NCBI GenBank assembly: GCA_051942205.1
Contig: JAVECO010000092.1
Coordinates: forward strand, 62,001-88,269
Length of the DNA: 26,269 bases
Direction: 5' to 3'
Origin: Coniocarpon cinnabarinum
Lineage: Eukaryota
In this document: piece after piece, positions 22,137 through 26,269 of the stretch
Numbering within the stretch: position 1 is the stretch's first letter
Layout: every line of letters begins with the position of its first letter
Translations under genes and position numbers: made by a program
The notes under the pieces: model-generated
The model's database searches: none
What the model was told of the DNA's origin: nothing
What the model saw: only the letters and a program-made list of their open reading frames with translations

Positions 22137-22323
22137 GCTGCTGATCTTTGTAATCTCAGGAGTTTGTTCAAGCCGTCTCTCACCTCGACAAAAAAAAATG
22201 GTAAGCGCAGTCTCGGACCTTGGGAATATGTCACGTCCTGTCTCTGACTTTGGGTGGCGTGTCAAGCTGACTTTAGATCTGGCTACAGTAATTTTTTTTT
22301 AAAAAAGGCTATCTAGTCTGCCG

Positions 22324-22369
22324 TTTCCAATTTCCAATTTTCGATTTCCGATTTGCAATTTGCAATTTC
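22324..22369. repeat. Degenerate 7-bp tandem repeat, about 6 units
   Basis: tttccaa tttccaa ttttcga tttccga tttgcaa tttgcaa tttc. Confidence 0.8.
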
Positions 22370-22682
22370 ATCGCGTGTGATGTGATACTCATTGACCTAC
22401 ATTTGCATCTACGTTCATTATAAAAAACGAATACCATGATACTTGATCCACGCCTCCGAATACACAAAAATTTCAGCAGCGTTAATTTCATTCAAGGAGC
22501 TCAGAAGTACCGCGCTTCTATTTTAAATCGAGACCCGAGATCGTGAGATTGTGAGAACGATTGAATTCCAACAGTGTTTTGAGCGATTTAGCAGTGCCTT
22601 GAGCAATTTAATAGAATCGTTAAATAAGACGACTCGCTATACCTCGATACTATGCTATGCCATGCCTAACTATTAAGCGACC

Positions 22683-22718
22683 CTTATACTTACACTTACA
22701 CTTACACTTACACTTACA
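22683..22718. repeat. (CTTACA)n hexanucleotide microsatellite
   Basis: cttata followed by five perfect cttaca units. Confidence 0.9.
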
Positions 22719-22921
22719 GCTCTTATAATTTAACATCAACTTCTTAACGCTTAAATTCGCTCCTTCCGTACATTAGACTAAAATTAAGTTAAGTCAAAGC
22801 AGCTATTCTTTAAAAGGACGGAAATAGTAGACGCACTTAGTAGTTAAAGCCTACTAAAGAGACGTTGTATCGTTGCTATAAGCTAAGTAGTAACAAAAGT
22901 TAAGTAGTTATAGAGGGGAGG

Positions 22922-23190
22922 TAATAAAAGCTAAGAGGTAATAAAAGTTAAGAGGTAATAAAAGGAGAGGTCTAAGAAAAGAGTAGTCTAATAAAAGGAG
23001 AGGTCTAATAAAAGGAGAGGTCTAATAAAAGGAGAGGTCTAAGAAAAGAGTAGTCTAATAAAAAGAGTAGTCTAATAAAAAGAGTAGTCTAATAAAAAGA
23101 GTAGTCTAATAAAAAGAGTAGTCTAATAAAAAGAGTAGTCTAATAAAAAGAGTAGTCTAATGAAAAGAGTAGTCTAATAAAAGAGATAAG
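22922..23190. repeat. 16-17-bp minisatellite, about 16 units
   Basis: Units TAATAAAAG(C/T)TAAGAGG x2, TAATAAAAGGAGAGGTC x4, TAAGAAAAGAGTAGTC x2 and TAATAAAAAGAGTAGTC x6 (23056-23157), plus terminal variants. Confidence 0.95.
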
Positions 23191-23250
23191 TTTTAGTATA
23201 CTATTAGCGGTAAACAACTTATATAAAACATATATTAAAGAATTATTAAA

Positions 23251-23530
23251 AAAGACGTAAGACGCCTTTATAGCGTCTTTAAAGTAGAGTATAGAAAATA
23301 AGGATATTAAGAATAGAAATACATAAAATATAGGTATTAATAAATAATTGAAAAAGGGGTAAGACGCCTTTGCAGCGTTTTTAAGTAGAGCGCAAAAGAG
23401 GACGTTAAGAATAGAAATGCATAAAACGTAGGTATCAATAAATAATCAGGAAGAGGCGAGACTTTACAGCGTCGTCGAAGTAGAGCGCGGAAGGGAAGGA
23501 CGTCGAGAACGGCAAGAATGGAAATGAGAA
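23251..23530. repeat. ~100-bp tandem triplication with diverged copies
   Basis: Copies at 23251-23350, 23351-23450 and a partial copy at 23451-23530 share 'agac(gc)ctt..cagcgt...aagtagag...gga(c/t)..t..agaa'. Confidence 0.85.
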
Positions 23531-23894
23531 GTCGTGACTTTGGCGCCCCTCGCGGGCATTCTCTATGATTTTGTTCCTCTTTCTCTTCGAGACCACAGTC
23601 GCTACATTCGAGGACCTCTCCGCTCCTCCAACATTGATTCTTTTCCCTAATCCTACACTGGTATCGCACCACCCGTTCAGGCGCTGTATGAGATTCGCGC
23701 GGGGTTGAATTTGTACTCAAAGAGGTGGTCCATCCACCACAGAGATAGTCCGTAAGTCGTTATTGAGGCATCTTGATCCCTAAAAGGGCCACCCAACAGT
23801 ATTAGGAATTTAAGTTGACTTGAGTCCACCACCAGACCACCCGACGCCATACAGCAAGAAACCCATCCGTGTTCACCCACCCAAGCATCGTTAC

Positions 23895-26048
23895 TCATTC
23901 GCCCGCCAGACCAGCCGGATCAGGATAGAACCACGCAGCAACAGCGATAATGATATAAGTCGTCATGAGCATAACGCCCTCGAGCCAATGACTTTTCCCG
24001 TCCTGAATCAAATAATTGACCAGCAGAATGCTCACGAAAAGAATGGTAACGATGAAGCCGTCGAAGTTGAGCGTCATGGGACCCTCCGCGACCTGCGGCG
24101 GGGCGGGGTTTTTGGCGCCGACAATCCAGCCGATGACGACGGAGAGGGGAATAACGAGGAGGGCGATCTGAAGGGAGGAGCCGACGGCAACACCGATGGA
24201 GAGGTCCATTTTGTCTTTGATGGCAACAGTCACGGCGGTGGCGTGTTCGGCAGCGTTGCCGACGATGGGGAGGAGAATCAGACCGATGAATTCGAGGGGC
24301 ACGTTGTTCTGCGAGGCAACTTCGGAGATGTTGTCGACGACGTATTCGGAACAGACGCCGATGAGGGCGGTCGAGCCACAGAGAGTGGCGATGGCGCCAA
24401 CCGTGGAAAGATTGGGCACTTCCTCGTCTTCCTCGTCCTCTTCGCGGTCTTCTTGCGTGGCATGGTCCTTTTGGCTGACGTTCTCGGCGTTGAGTTGGCC
24501 ACCGGCACCAGCAGCGGAAGGCGCACCCATGGTGGAGATGCCTTTGGTGACATTGCTATTGCCTTCGTTGGCGTTGGGCCCAGCGGTGTTGCGACGAACC
24601 AGATTTTGTTTGGTCACCTTTTCACTGGGAGCGTTGTAGACGTTGACGTGCGTTCTAAGCTGGAAAAAGAGGTAGCAGGCGTAGACGAAGAGCAGGATAA
24701 TGGCAGTGCCACGGGACAACTTGGGCTCATTTACCCTGGTCTCTGCATCGGGGGCGTCGGAGAATTTCTGGAAGGCGGTTGGGATGATGAGGCTGGCCCC
24801 GGCGAGAATGAGCAGGGAGCAGGCCGTCTGTGCGACAGTCATGTTGAAGTGTTGCTCGGGGCGGTTGTAGCCGCCCAATGCAAAGCACATACCTGTAGGC
24901 GCCCATTAGTGTTTGCCTCGTTGCCTTGCGTGCGAATCGAACCGCTACGATTCGCGGAACAGAGCTGCTTACCCAGAACAAGTAAAAGGTTAGACAAGAT
25001 CGATCCCACAAGCGACGTTTGCACAATCGTAATCTGCCAGTCGTTTTAGCCTGATGTGTGTACACGAGAGAGGTACCATGCAATGTACCTGTCCTTTTAC
25101 GAGCGCGATGATTGCGACAATCAACTCAGTTGCATTGCCAAACGACGCGTTCAAGAGTCCTCCAAGCGTCTCTCCTACGCGCATGGCGATTTCTTCCGTA
25201 GCGTATGACAGAGTTCCAGCAAGTGGCACAATTGCAAGGAAGTTGACCTAAATAAGTCAACATCATAATCCATGTAAATTTCTGCGTCAAAGAAGCTCAC
25301 AAGAAAGACGGCCAATGGCGAAATGCCATCCACGTTAGCTATTGCGATTCCCACAGGAACGCAGATCAGGAGAATGTTGGGCCAGGAAACGAAAACGCAT
25401 CGGAGCTGGTGCTTGATGGGGATGGGTTCACGGAAACGCGCCCGTTTCCTCTCTGATTTGGTCTTTGATAATTCGTTGCCCTCGTCTGGTAGACCCTTCT
25501 CTGGGTCGACGGTGGTTTCGTCGGTGTTTTTGTGTGAAGGTCGCTGTCTCAATGTGGAACCCGTTTCGCCTGAATTTTTGGAAGATGAGCCGCTGCCCAC
25601 CGCAGTAGAGTCACTAGCCCCCGTGGAATGCTGACCTTGCTCATCTTTAGGCGACGAGTCCCCTTGAGTTGGCTCCCCGTATTGAGGTGCCGTAGCAGAT
25701 CTGATGGGGGCATGAGCATCTATACTTGTCTGATGGCCCAGTCCATGGAGCGTGGGGACGACAGGTTCGGACTGGATGGTGTGTTCAGGACCGTACTCAT
25801 GATTTTGTAATCCAGGTCTGGGAGATCGCAGCCCGGATTCTTCATCTATCAGCATGCCCTTTCTTGGTCCGCTAGAGTGGACGCGTTTGTGTCCTCTTCG
25901 CTGGCGGTCGTTGAACAAGAGGCGAGTCACGCCATTGTGACTGTCCGGATCCCGAGCGAGCTGGCTGGCCTGAGTTTTAATGTGGTCTGTGCAGAAGGTT
26001 GGCGTCAGTAGCGGGCCCTACAGTCTCCAGAAGGGGAACCATACGCAT
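23895..26048 (-). CDS. VCX1: Vacuolar Ca2+/H+ exchanger, CAX family (~635 aa); exons 26048-26045, 25986-25301, 25247-25089, 25033-24973, 24892-23895
   Basis: Alpha-1 repeat '[13 protein letters not shown]', '[12 protein letters not shown]', 'FQLRTH', acidic loop 'EEDEEDEE', alpha-2 repeat 'PIVGNAAEH' and 'DGKSHWLEG'. Four GT-AG introns give an intact frame (1908 nt). Confidence 0.92.
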
Positions 26049-26269
26049 GTCAAGCAGCAGCAGTGCTATATTAAGAAGAGGTACCGGTGTGTTGTTGAAG
26101 GTCTGTTGACGAAAGGGAGTTGCCGCTGAGTCGCAGATACTTTGGAAGAATGTAGCAGGCAATATAAGGGAGAGCCAGGCGGCAGTGTCAGGTAAACGGC
26201 GGGCGGGAGGGTTCGCACAGTAGAGGCTGAGAGAACTGCGGAGACTGCGGACGCGCGCAGGTAGAGAGC

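Larger units (their letters stand above)
22620..23450. other. AT-rich, TpA-rich island consistent with repeat-induced point mutation (RIP)
   Basis: GC content drops abruptly relative to the flanking genes. TA/TAA/TAG are abundant and CA/TG are scarce, and the repeat copies differ mostly by C>T/G>A transitions. Confidence 0.75.

Noticed and set aside
22922..23190. Repeat array as a CRISPR or telomeric array
   Set aside because: The units are contiguous with no unique spacers, there are no cas genes, the context is eukaryotic, and no TTAGGG-type motif is present.
23820..25049. 409-aa + strand ORF
   Set aside because: It is the antisense shadow of VCX1, whose C-rich third positions suppress stops on the other strand, and it has no recognisable domain.

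Overview
Gene-dense, intron-containing nuclear DNA from a filamentous ascomycete (Pezizomycotina-type GT...CTRAC...YAG introns, mostly about 50-90 nt, plus a RIP-like AT-rich patch). Eight protein genes can be modelled with splice sites: an uncharacterised multi-pass membrane protein, a GBF1/Gea-type Sec7 ARF-GEF that appears C-terminally short, ANP1, the exosome subunit MTR3, an allantoate/nicotinate-family MFS permease, a secreted GH125 alpha-mannosidase, mitochondrial RNA polymerase RPO41, and a VCX1/CAX Ca2+/H+ exchanger. The most notable feature is absent from the ORF track. The apparently empty interval 9029-9764 on the minus strand is a spliced non-coding host transcript with micro-exons. 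Its introns carry an snR55-like and an snR61-like box C/D snoRNA, plus a ~210-nt structured C/D-like RNA for which I found no target. It lies head-to-head with MTR3. Between RPO41 and VCX1 are a cryptic run of splice signals with a TATA box, a 16-17-bp minisatellite, and a 100-bp triplication with a C>T/G>A mutation gradient. All calls were made by eye, and reference sequences were recalled from memory rather than searched.
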